IMG/VR virus record: IMGVR_UViG_3300032258_000001
Coordinates: 1 to 59,036 of that record
DNA: 59,036 nt
Direction: 5' to 3' (one strand)
DNA from: a virus
Taxonomy: Duplodnaviria; Caudoviricetes
Positions within the stretch are counted from its first letter, which is position 1. Every line of letters starts with the position of its first letter. The translations under genes were made by a program, and so were the position numbers. The notes beneath the pieces were generated by a model. That model made no database searches. It was not told the DNA's origin and worked only from the letters and a program-made list of their open reading frames with translations. Below, in pieces: positions 48,293-57,076 of this stretch.

Positions 48293-51200
48293 TATTACAA
48301 TAGGCGTGTCGATGTCTATCTCACCCTTATTGAAGGCTTCCTGAGCCTCTTTCACTGTTCTGAACGTCTTCTTGGGTTTCTCCTTCTTGGCTCTGGTAGC
48401 TAGATAGAGGCCCTGCACAAACTCCTGACTGGGAGTATAATTGGCCCTGAAGCTCCGTGCGCTAAGAAGGTTGCTTTTCGGCATCATCTTCTCTCTCGCC
48501 TCTTCGACCGCATTCTTACTGACAGGAACATAATAAGTGACAGTGTCACCATCAAAATCCATGCCATACGGACCGACAATAGAGGGGCTAACCTGCACGG
48601 TATCGCCCTTGACCAGCACCGGGTCGAATGCCATGACGCTGTACTTATGCAAGCTGGGGGCACGGTTCACTATGACGGGACGCTGCTTGACGGCATCCTG
48701 TAGAAACTTCTGCGCACGATCATCACGATCCTTGACCATTTTTATGGCTGCTGTGGGCCCGTAACCATGTCGTACCATAGCGCGTACCACAAAAGGCTCG
48801 TAGACATCCCATGCCTGCTTGATCGGAATGCCCATCTGGTTGAGCTTCAGCGCAGGATTGGGGGTAACGACGCCACGACCAGCTACATCCATGGACGTGC
48901 CCAGTATACGGCGATGGTATGCTCCCCGCTTAGCGCTACCCTTACCAAATACCCACTTGAGCAGCCCTTGGACGTTCTTCTCTTCCAGCTTAGCATCGTC
49001 CGGGTCGTATAGGCCAGTAAGGGCTTTGTATGACTTATAGATATTGCCGCGCGCACCCTTGAGCATCTCGTCTGGGAGCCTATCCTTGGCGCTGCGCAGG
49101 TCGTCCCTGGCGAATACCAGGCTACGATACATCATATTGGCGTCCGCACTGACATTGACACCTTCGAGCTGGGTGACCGGGCGGAACTTGGGGGGCAGCA
49201 CTGGGATACGCTCCATCATGAAGTCCTTGGGGTGCACTCCCTGCTCCTCCATGCTCTTCAACGCTCTATAACGCTTGAGGGCCTTGTCCTTCTTGCTTGG
49301 CTTACTATGCTTCAGCTCCTGCAGTGCACTCTTGACCTCGTTTTTAAGATCCAGCTTCCCGAGGGCCGCCTTTATGGCATTACCACCGCTCAGACCATTG
49401 AGCTCTTCCTCACCGTTCATAATGGCGTTGAATCTCTTCTGGGTCATGTTGAGTATATTGCTCATCGACCGCTCCATCACCGGGTTGGGCATAGGCTCGT
49501 CAAGCTGGATGTATGCCCAGTCGTCACCGTTGTGGCCAAACAGTTTGGGGTCGAACAAGCCGCCGTCGATCGGCTTCATGGTCTTCTGGTCGAACGTCCT
49601 GGCTATCTGCAGCTCATGGCCCTTGCTCAGCTTCCTGGCCTGGTCGTTGGTCATACCGAAAAAGTTGACGCGGTCACTGTTCTCATCGACATTGATTCCT
49701 GCTGCCTGCAGGTGCTTGTAAAACTTCTCATGGACAAGGCTCTTGCCAGGCACCTTTGGCATACGCCCCAGTCGGAAGTCACGCCAAAACTCGTCATTAG
49801 ACTGCCCTCTTACCAGCTTGGCGTCCTTGAGAACCTGCATGGCGCCATGGCTTACCACGGCGGACGTGTGTAGCCCGCCCATCTGCTTGGCTCCAGCAGG
49901 TCCACCACGAAGCGGCGTTTCTTCCGCCGTAACGCCGCCGACGCCGCGCGCGCCTATCTTGTCCTCGGCTACATGCATCATACGATGGAAGAATGCGTCG
50001 CCAGTCAGCACTTCAGGTATCTTGCGGCCGGTCTGTGGGTCGTATAGATCTTCGTTCGGAGAAATTCCGGAATCCCGTAACTTCTGCTCGTAATACTTGA
50101 TGAGGTCCTTGTCCTCGAAGCCTTCCACAGCCTCCGGCTTGCCTGTGTGCCTAGCCAGCTTGCCGGCCATTACTTCGACCACCTGCATGGGGTTGACACG
50201 GCCTATGATACCAAGGCTGTTGGCCACGACGTCCAAAGGATTGCCGTCCTTATCCAGCGGCATCTCGCTATCAGGTAGCACATTCACTACGCCTTTGGCT
50301 GCATACCTGTTGGAGTTACCCGACCATACTGTCTTCCCATTACGCCTAGTGTAGAGGATGTGGTTACGTTCCAGCTCTGGGCAATAAACGTTACCTACGT
50401 AATCAACCCACTCGTCGGTCTGGGCCGATTGCTTCTTAACGTGGCTATGATTGATTGTAGGCTGGTTCTTCTGCCGGTATGTAGATACTATATAAGATGG
50501 CCTTATCGTCTGTACGGTCTTGCCGTTTATGACGACCGGGTGTTTAGGTATAGCTTTGCGCTTGATTGTTGCTGACATGCCGAGGTGTAAGCATACCCTC
50601 TGCCAGTCTCCCGCTAGACGGTATGACGTGGTATGGATACCATGCCCAGACTGAGTCCTGTACCCATCACCGAACATAAACCACTCGTAGAACACCGCAA
50701 TGCGCTCAGGAGGCAGTTCCAGGATATTCTCTGGTATATACTTCTCGTATGACTTGCCAAACTGTCGTAGGTATGTGGCCCAGTGCTTCGAGTATACCCT
50801 CACCTTATCGCCCGTCGTGGACCACTTAAGTCCAGCCGCATCAAATGCATCCCGGACTATCTGAGGGTTGTCCCCTTTGGCAACGCATATATCGAATGCG
50901 TAGTCAGATGTCTTATCCTGCCATACTATATTACCATCAGACAGGAAAAGACCCATAACCATTAAATAGGTGTCAATCGCTACTTCTGGCCCTTCCACCA
51001 ATGTCGGGTGGCAGTCGTTCTTTCCATGGGGCAATGTCTTATAGACATCGGGAAGCTTAAATGTATTAGCGTCTTGGCCTAGCCAGGTGCCGGTCTTCAG
51101 AAGCCTATACCGGCTCATCCCGTGTAACCTAGAGGACGGTATGAGTTCATAAGAGTCTTTGTGCCTTAGCTTGGCATAATGCTTATGGTCCGCTGTCGTG

Positions 51201-53704
51201 CAGAAGTTCACCTGGGTTGTATTGACCATATGCATACGCCCTTCGTGGGCATATTCATGCAGGTAACTCACTTCAACGTACTCGATCTCGTGTGTATCGG
51301 GATTAAGGGAAGCCACCTTGTCCCCGGACATAAGATCGGATACGACGCACCAACCACGCTCGGTCAGGACTTCGGTCTCTTCGTCATAGCACATCTTGTC
51401 CCCGTTCTTCATCGGGATATTGGCGCGGACGTAGACCGTGGCATGCTTATCACCGACATCCACATCGACGACCTTTCCTTCATACTTGTGCTCCCAGGTC
51501 TGCGTGAGGGCGGTCTTCGTCTTGCGGCCCATGCTGCCTGGTTTAGGGTCGTTCTGCCGTACGGCGACGATGAGGGGATCTCCCTCCCTGACGACCGTTC
51601 CTCGCTTGACGATACCTTTCTCGCCGATAGTGCCCATCTGCTCCTTGGTGAACTTTCCGGAGAACTTACCCATGAACGCCTTCTTGTCGAAGTCGGTATT
51701 GCTGGACACCGGTATGCGGCTCTTGTACATCTTCTCGGCAGCCATCTTCTTCGCAGCGCTCGCACTTATGATGATGGCATCCTCGAAGTTCATGCCCTTC
51801 CAAGGCATGTAGGCTACACGCAGATTCCTACCCTGGGCCGCGACACCCTCATCGTCAGTGTAGTTAGTCGTGCTGAGTACCTGGCCCGGTTTGATCTCGT
51901 CACCGACCTTTACCTGCGGAATACTGCGCATATAACCCTTCTGGTTGAAGGGATGGTTGTCGTAAAGCTCATATACCTGGGTGCCTTTGACCCCACGAAC
52001 GACGATCTTGTCGGCGTCTATGCTGGCCACCCTGCCCCCATCGGAGGCTTTGTTGACGCCGAACATTTCGCCAAGCTTGGCTTCTACCGTGGTGTCCCGG
52101 TGCTTCGCCCGGAACAATGGGGCCTCCCGGTGTGCCAGCGGCATGCTCTGTCCGCCGTACTTACCACCCATATGCAGCCTGTTCGCCATGATGCCGTTCT
52201 TTCCTGGTACGGCGTTCGCCCCAAAGCTGTACATGTTCGACTCATCCGGAATGTAGAAGTTCACTTCCTTCTTGGGCACGATACCGATGCCTCTGCTTCC
52301 ACGGAAGGCCGGTACGAACTTGCCGTTGGATTGCATCTCTTTCTTGGTAGCGACTTTGCTGCGGGCCGCCGTCAGACTGTCCACCCACCGCTCTTCGCCC
52401 GTACGCGCGTCTATCATCCTGGTGTAGAGTCTACCATCGTCACCCTTGCGGACGCCCTGGTTAAGATACATATCCAATCCGACACGGGTACTTTCGACTG
52501 ATCGTACCGGATCGATGAAGCCCGCGAAGCTGTCTTGTACGGCGCGGGTTTCCGAAGGTGCCGTACGTCCACTGGCTATGCCACCTTCACCGATTCGGGT
52601 AATCTTGGTGGATAGGTCGATGGCGGAGAATGGGCTGCTGCCATCTATATAGCCCGCATGCTTGGACTCGTTAAATATTGCGTCCACGTGCTTATTGAGC
52701 GGAGCTGGGGGAATATCCTTGAAATCGCCGCTGCGACTGATCCGCCACAGTAAGTTTCTGGCAAGCCCTCCGCCGTCCCTGATGATCCTCTCCGCGAAAT
52801 AGTCCGCCGGGCCGTCTATCTTCTGGAACTCAAGGCCATCGCGATAGTCGGCTTCCTCTTCGCCCTTGCTCAGCCTTATGATCTTGGCACTGGACTCGAG
52901 CAGCGTCTCGGGGGTGATCTTCTTATGGGCGCGCCCAAGCGTCATCTCCGTCGCCACGGGGTCCAGTTCGGACTTCTGCAGCTGCTCGAGCAGCTCGTCA
53001 TAGTGGCTCGCGTAATCGGCGGCTACCTTGGAGACTCCGCCTTGAAATCTGTGTACCGGATTCGGGACGTCACTGGCCTGCCTGTTGACATCCAACAGCT
53101 CCTTGCCCCAACTCTTCTTGATCTGGTCGTCCGTCACTCCTGCCCGTTTAAGAAGAGGATACAGTTTGTAGCCTCTGGTGCCCTTGCGCACGCGCATGAT
53201 ACCCGTCTTGGGGTCCAGCTCTATCTTGAACTGACCACCAGTCCCCTGCTTTGGATTGACATGGGCCTCCACAAGCCCGTTATCCTTCTTGCGGGAGTAT
53301 ACACCCGGAGTCAGGCGGAACATATAGTTGATGGCCTTCTCGCTTCCGTTGCGAATAAACGTGCCCCTGCGGGTCATGTAGGGTACGTTCATGAGTATCC
53401 GAGGCTGGCTCTTCTTGACCTCCCCGGTCTCCTTGTTCGTCAGCACCCAGCGTCCACGAAGCTTCTTAGTGATATTGGCGTTCTTGAGCGTGGCGTTCTT
53501 TTCATCTCGGAGTGTAGGCTCCTTATCATCGTAAGTGAGCTCGTCGACACTGAGGACATAGCGCTCGTTCTCCACCGGAAACCGCTGAAGAAGCGCGGCC
53601 TTGGTGTTGTTGAACAAGCGCTCACGAACGGCCCTATAATCCGTGGGATCGTAAGGCTCTGACTTGACCGGGTCAAGCAGTCTTGTCTGGAAGGCTTCAG
53701 GCAT
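48278..53704 (-). CDS. rpoBC: phage RNA polymerase beta / beta'-N fusion protein, intein-containing
   Basis: Beta motifs 'GFIDPVRSVESTRVGL', 'ANRLHMG', 'GRNLRVAYMPWKGMNFEDAI', 'GDKM|SNRYAAKGVV', 'HVAEDKIGARG'; beta' motifs 'KPIDGGLFDPKLFG', 'PVLPPKFRP', 'NRAPSLH', catalytic 'GMDFDGD'. Confidence 0.95.
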   Translation of the reverse strand: MPEAFQTRLLDPVKSEPYDPTDYRAVRERLFNNTKAALLQRFPVENERYVLSVDELTYDDKEPTLRDEKNATLKNANITKKLRGRWVLTNKETGEVKKSQPRILMNVPYMTRRGTFIRNGSEKAINYMFRLTPGVYSRKKDNGLVEAHVNPKQGTGGQFKIELDPKTGIMRVRKGTRGYKLYPLLKRAGVTDDQIKKSWGKELLDVNRQASDVPNPVHRFQGGVSKVAADYASHYDELLEQLQKSELDPVATEMTLGRAHKKITPETLLESSAKIIRLSKGEEEADYRDGLEFQKIDGPADYFAERIIRDGGGLARNLLWRISRSGDFKDIPPAPLNKHVDAIFNESKHAGYIDGSSPFSAIDLSTKITRIGEGGIASGRTAPSETRAVQDSFAGFIDPVRSVESTRVGLDMYLNQGVRKGDDGRLYTRMIDARTGEERWVDSLTAARSKVATKKEMQSNGKFVPAFRGSRGIGIVPKKEVNFYIPDESNMYSFGANAVPGKNGIMANRLHMGGKYGGQSMPLAHREAPLFRAKHRDTTVEAKLGEMFGVNKASDGGRVASIDADKIVVRGVKGTQVYELYDNHPFNQKGYMRSIPQVKVGDEIKPGQVLSTTNYTDDEGVAAQGRNLRVAYMPWKGMNFEDAIIISASAAKKMAAEKMYKSRIPVSSNTDFDKKAFMGKFSGKFTKEQMGTIGEKGIVKRGTVVREGDPLIVAVRQNDPKPGSMGRKTKTALTQTWEHKYEGKVVDVDVGDKHATVYVRANIPMKNGDKMCYDEETEVLTERGWCVVSDLMSGDKVASLNPDTHEIEYVEVSYLHEYAHEGRMHMVNTTQVNFCTTADHKHYAKLRHKDSYELIPSSRLHGMSRYRLLKTGTWLGQDANTFKLPDVYKTLPHGKNDCHPTLVEGPEVAIDTYLMVMGLFLSDGNIVWQDKTSDYAFDICVAKGDNPQIVRDAFDAAGLKWSTTGDKVRVYSKHWATYLRQFGKSYEKYIPENILELPPERIAVFYEWFMFGDGYRTQSGHGIHTTSYRLAGDWQRVCLHLGMSATIKRKAIPKHPVVINGKTVQTIRPSYIVSTYRQKNQPTINHSHVKKQSAQTDEWVDYVGNVYCPELERNHILYTRRNGKTVWSGNSNRYAAKGVVNVLPDSEMPLDKDGNPLDVVANSLGIIGRVNPMQVVEVMAGKLARHTGKPEAVEGFEDKDLIKYYEQKLRDSGISPNEDLYDPQTGRKIPEVLTGDAFFHRMMHVAEDKIGARGVGGVTAEETPLRGGPAGAKQMGGLHTSAVVSHGAMQVLKDAKLVRGQSNDEFWRDFRLGRMPKVPGKSLVHEKFYKHLQAAGINVDENSDRVNFFGMTNDQARKLSKGHELQIARTFDQKTMKPIDGGLFDPKLFGHNGDDWAYIQLDEPMPNPVMERSMSNILNMTQKRFNAIMNGEEELNGLSGGNAIKAALGKLDLKNEVKSALQELKHSKPSKKDKALKRYRALKSMEEQGVHPKDFMMERIPVLPPKFRPVTQLEGVNVSADANMMYRSLVFARDDLRSAKDRLPDEMLKGARGNIYKSYKALTGLYDPDDAKLEEKNVQGLLKWVFGKGSAKRGAYHRRILGTSMDVAGRGVVTPNPALKLNQMGIPIKQAWDVYEPFVVRAMVRHGYGPTAAIKMVKDRDDRAQKFLQDAVKQRPVIVNRAPSLHKYSVMAFDPVLVKGDTVQVSPSIVGPYGMDFDGDTVTYYVPVSKNAVEEAREKMMPKSNLLSARSFRANYTPSQEFVQGLYLATRAKKEKPKKTFRTVKEAQEAFNKGEIDIDTPIVIVENK
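50315..51391 (-). mobile_element. intein with LAGLIDADG homing endonuclease (359 aa)
   Basis: Starts CYDEETEVLT (block A), 'TADHKHY' (block B), 'MGLFLSDG' and 'WFMFGDG' (LAGLIDADG), ends 'VYCPELERNHILYTRRNGKTVWSGN' before Ser+1; removal restores GDKM-SNRYAAKG. Confidence 0.93.
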
Positions 53705-53707
53705 TGT

Positions 53708-54772
53708 TTACACCGTGGCTATGTTACGTGACAAGGTATCGGTGGGATCGATCTCCTGGTCCTCCAGGGCTGCCGCTTTCAACTTATCCGGGTCTACCCG
53801 TGGGCCTGAGCCGGTGATATGCTTGTCCAGCGACTTCTTGATACGAGGATCGATGGAGCCGATGATTGCAGGCGGCCTGGATTGGAGGGCCATACGTTTG
53901 GCGGCCTTCTCGGCGGCTTTTAGCCGCTGCCTGTTCTCGTCGCGGTCGTCAGCCCATTGTTTGCCGAAGTACGCGCCGCCGGTGAACGCAGTCAGCGCTG
54001 CCAATACGGCTGCAGCCGGAAGCGTATCCAACCAGGAACCTTCACGGCTCTTGTCCTTCGCTGGCATTCCAGCCAACAGTTTATCCTTCCAGTCCTGTAG
54101 GATGGAGCCCGCATTCTTGTTGAGGACATTCTCGTCCAACCCGCGCATCTCCTCTGAACGCTCACGTTCCACGTCCGTGAGGCTCGGGTCAGGGCTGAGG
54201 ATCGGCATAGCCGCCCTTACATTGGTTTCGATCTTCTTGCGGCCCTGCTGCTCTTCCTTCTTACGCTCCATGGCGTTCAGGAGATACTTCAGCCCGAAGG
54301 AGAGCGTGCCGTACGTCGAGGCCAGTGCCAGCGTCTTGAACAAAAGCATGTCAGTATCGGTGTGCTTCGATTGCATGCTTGGCTTGAACCATTTTGGAAC
54401 TACAACCTGCCCACCGAATCCTTTTACACCCTGGAAAGGGTTGAACATCGTGCCGATCATTCCTGGAGGTATGTTGACGGCGGCTTCCTTGCGGACAGCC
54501 TTGAGGATCTCCAGATTGGTCTTGCCAAGTCTGTTCAGATTCTGGCGGATGCGCTCCTGCCGATCTTTCTCCGCCTCTGCATCGGTCATTGTGTTGGCAC
54601 TTTTGTAGCCTGCCAGACTCGCCAACAGGACCGCAGCAGCTGGGATGGCCATTCCAAGCGATTTAGAATCAAGCAGAGCTCCATCACCCTGTCTGGCCCC
54701 ACCTTCGCCGCTTACGCGCCAACCACCACCGAGATCCAATGAAGCGCTGGCTTCTTTTCTATGTTGTTGCAC
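53708..54772 (-). CDS. hydrophobic-segment protein (putative virion/ejection protein)
   Basis: 354 aa; three hydrophobic helices separated by KEA/KNA motifs. Confidence 0.55.
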   Translation of the reverse strand: MQQHRKEASASLDLGGGWRVSGEGGARQGDGALLDSKSLGMAIPAAAVLLASLAGYKSANTMTDAEAEKDRQERIRQNLNRLGKTNLEILKAVRKEAAVNIPPGMIGTMFNPFQGVKGFGGQVVVPKWFKPSMQSKHTDTDMLLFKTLALASTYGTLSFGLKYLLNAMERKKEEQQGRKKIETNVRAAMPILSPDPSLTDVERERSEEMRGLDENVLNKNAGSILQDWKDKLLAGMPAKDKSREGSWLDTLPAAAVLAALTAFTGGAYFGKQWADDRDENRQRLKAAEKAAKRMALQSRPPAIIGSIDPRIKKSLDKHITGSGPRVDPDKLKAAALEDQEIDPTDTLSRNIATV

Positions 54773-55094
54773 GGGACATATCCTCCGGTTCGATATATTT
54801 ATGATGTAAAAGCCTCAAAAATACCTTCCAGGTCTCGAGCCTGGGTATCCACTCCGACTTCTCCTCGGAGATCTGGGCCCAACCAAGGGCCACTTCGTTG
54901 AGAAGCTCGGCGTATCTGTCCCGATCCTTCTCTTCGTCCATGGTGAAGATGTAGACCTTGACCTCCGCCCTGCGCCTGGGACGCATGGACGCCGGGTCAT
55001 CGTTCTTCAGATTCAGAGGGGGGCCGGTATAGGGCAAGCCCTCATACATACCATCGATGTGTTCCCCGCTGGGTCTCTTGGCGCCTTTCTTCAT
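54759..55094 (-). CDS. hypothetical protein
   Basis: 111 aa coupled ORF. Confidence 0.6.
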   Translation of the reverse strand: MKKGAKRPSGEHIDGMYEGLPYTGPPLNLKNDDPASMRPRRRAEVKVYIFTMDEEKDRDRYAELLNEVALGWAQISEEKSEWIPRLETWKVFLRLLHHKYIEPEDMSRATT

Positions 55095-55414
55095 ACGAAC
55101 ATATCTCTCTTTCTGCCAACTGGAGCCTTCTTTGATTGATCGCGCAGCTTGCGTTTCAGTGCATCCATCTTGCGTTGCTGTAGTCCAAGCTCTTCCCGGA
55201 CCTTGACGTCCATAACTCTGTCCTGGATAGACTTGATGTCGCTATCTGCTGGTGAGGTCATCTTGGAGCCGACGACACCGGAAACCAGCCCGGCAGCAGC
55301 TGGAACTGCGATCATAAGCCCAAGCAACGAAAAAGCGTTCTCGCTGAGTTCCGCCCCGGCTCTGAGGGCACTCCCGCCTGCTTCCTTGTTCAAATATTCA
55401 GTGCACCTGTCCAT
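55091..55414 (-). CDS. small membrane-segment protein
   Basis: 107 aa; LNKEA followed by 'LLGLMIAVPAAAGLVSGVVG'. Confidence 0.6.
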   Translation of the reverse strand: MDRCTEYLNKEAGGSALRAGAELSENAFSLLGLMIAVPAAAGLVSGVVGSKMTSPADSDIKSIQDRVMDVKVREELGLQQRKMDALKRKLRDQSKKAPVGRKRDMFV

Positions 55415-55424
55415 GTTGTATCTC

Positions 55425-56210
55425 CTACGTTATAAGTCCACTTGTTCTCAAAGCATTTGCAATCCCGCCGGCCATACTGGCGGCCCGCGTTATGGGCGCT
55501 GGTAGTGAGAAGATCTTCCCCAAAGCATACCCCGCCACTGCACCTCCTGCATATCCAAGGCCTGCCCTGATGGCTCCAGCAGTAATGTCGGCCATACTGG
55601 CATTACCCTTCTGATCAGGCGTCTTGTTGAAAATGGTGCCTATGGCCGCCTTCTGGCTGCTATTCAGATACGGGTCGTTGGCAACGATCTCCTTTGCATG
55701 GTCCAGCGGAATGATGTCCTGCTGCATGATGGCTGGATTGGCATACAAGTCCGCTTCCTTCTTCAAGGAGCCTTCCTTGTTCATATAATTCCAGTCGGTC
55801 ATGCTCTTCCACGGGTACTTGGGGTCGAAATGGGTGGCTACGCTCAGGCCGCCGCCAAGAAGCGCTGCCACGATCGCCATACGCTTGCGCATGCGCTTTA
55901 TTTCTTCCTCTTCTTCTATAGGCTCAATTGGTTTTACACCAGGCATCTTGTTGCGGACGGCCAACAAGCCTTTGGCAAGCCAAGGAGCCGTAAGGTATGC
56001 GCCGCCGGCAGCAAGCCCGGCAGCAGCCAAAGCGCTGCCTATGGGTGCTCCCGTGACATTCTTCCAGCCACGATAGGCCTTGGCAGGCTCGAACGAGGAC
56101 AGCCAGTTGGGTTTGAAAGCCTCCCCGGGCTGTACCGGTCCCTTACTCTTGTCTCGGCCCGTCATCCTCTCGAGTAAACTGGCTCTGTTCTGTGATACTG
56201 GTGGCATCAT
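55425..56210 (-). CDS. glycine-zipper hydrophobic protein (putative virion/ejection protein)
   Basis: 261 aa; 'GSALAAAGLAAGGAYL', 'AGLGYAGGAVAGYALG'; LKKEA. Confidence 0.55.
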   Translation of the reverse strand: MMPPVSQNRASLLERMTGRDKSKGPVQPGEAFKPNWLSSFEPAKAYRGWKNVTGAPIGSALAAAGLAAGGAYLTAPWLAKGLLAVRNKMPGVKPIEPIEEEEEIKRMRKRMAIVAALLGGGLSVATHFDPKYPWKSMTDWNYMNKEGSLKKEADLYANPAIMQQDIIPLDHAKEIVANDPYLNSSQKAAIGTIFNKTPDQKGNASMADITAGAIRAGLGYAGGAVAGYALGKIFSLPAPITRAASMAGGIANALRTSGLIT

Positions 56211-57076
56211 TCACCTCTCATGAAGCTCATAAACTTGTTGGAAAACGCCGGCTTTGGTGGCTTCTTGTAGAAATTCCTGTTGTACGCCCATGCGTTCGGG
56301 TCTCTGGCGGGGACCGTGGAAACTTCCTTCTTATCGTCGTCATCCATAAGATTGGCCAGTCCCAGTACGGCGCCCGTTCCGAGAGCGGCCGCTCCGATCC
56401 ACTTGCCGTGGGTGCCCATGAAGCCCTTTACCTTGTCCCAGATCATCTTATTCCTCTCGGTTCTATAAGTGTCCGGCATGCTGGACAGACTGGATAGGTA
56501 CTTCTTCCTGTACTCATCTCCGAAACGGGCACGAGCCTTGGAGAAAGCCAATGGGTTTGGCTTTTTAGCCGCCATACGGTTAAGCTGGCTATCGTTGGGG
56601 TCCTTAGGGTTGAAAGGGGTACCTAGGTATATAGCTGATGCCAGCCGGGCCGTGGGATTGTGCATCTCTTGTGGTAGCTCCCACCGGGCGTACTCAGACT
56701 TAGCCCCCACAGGATCGCTTACGAACCTGGAGAAGCTCTGCATGCTCTGAGCCATAGGCATTCCGCCCTTCGTGAGTATTCCTGTAAAGTACTTGCGCCC
56801 CGCTTGCTCCCCAGCCGCAGAAATAAGCTTGGCATGTTCCGGCTTGATCGGCTTTATGAGCATGCCTCCTGACAAATAACCCATCTGCTTAGCCTTCTCC
56901 AGCATAGCCTGCGTAGATACGCGCTTGGCCTCTATGGCACGTTGGCGTCCCTCAGCCGCCCTCTGACGGTTGAGGTTGAAGCGCTTCAAAACAGCCTGTG
57001 CGGGATCTTCACCCTCGGCCGTCTTGCGCAGTAATGCTGTAGTTAAATAGGTCACCTGCCTACCTCTCAAGTACAT
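56207..57076 (-). CDS. basic protein with C-terminal hydrophobic segment
   Basis: 289 aa (start uncertain); LRKTA; 'WIGAAALGTGAVLGLA'. Confidence 0.55.
   Translation of the reverse strand: MYLRGRQVTYLTTALLRKTAEGEDPAQAVLKRFNLNRQRAAEGRQRAIEAKRVSTQAMLEKAKQMGYLSGGMLIKPIKPEHAKLISAAGEQAGRKYFTGILTKGGMPMAQSMQSFSRFVSDPVGAKSEYARWELPQEMHNPTARLASAIYLGTPFNPKDPNDSQLNRMAAKKPNPLAFSKARARFGDEYRKKYLSSLSSMPDTYRTERNKMIWDKVKGFMGTHGKWIGAAALGTGAVLGLANLMDDDDKKEVSTVPARDPNAWAYNRNFYKKPPKPAFSNKFMSFMRGE

Noticed and set aside
44771-53704. Bacterial chromosomal rpoB-rpoC operon
   Set aside because: No flanking ribosomal protein genes; motifs are too diverged; the genes are embedded among capsid-assembly genes.
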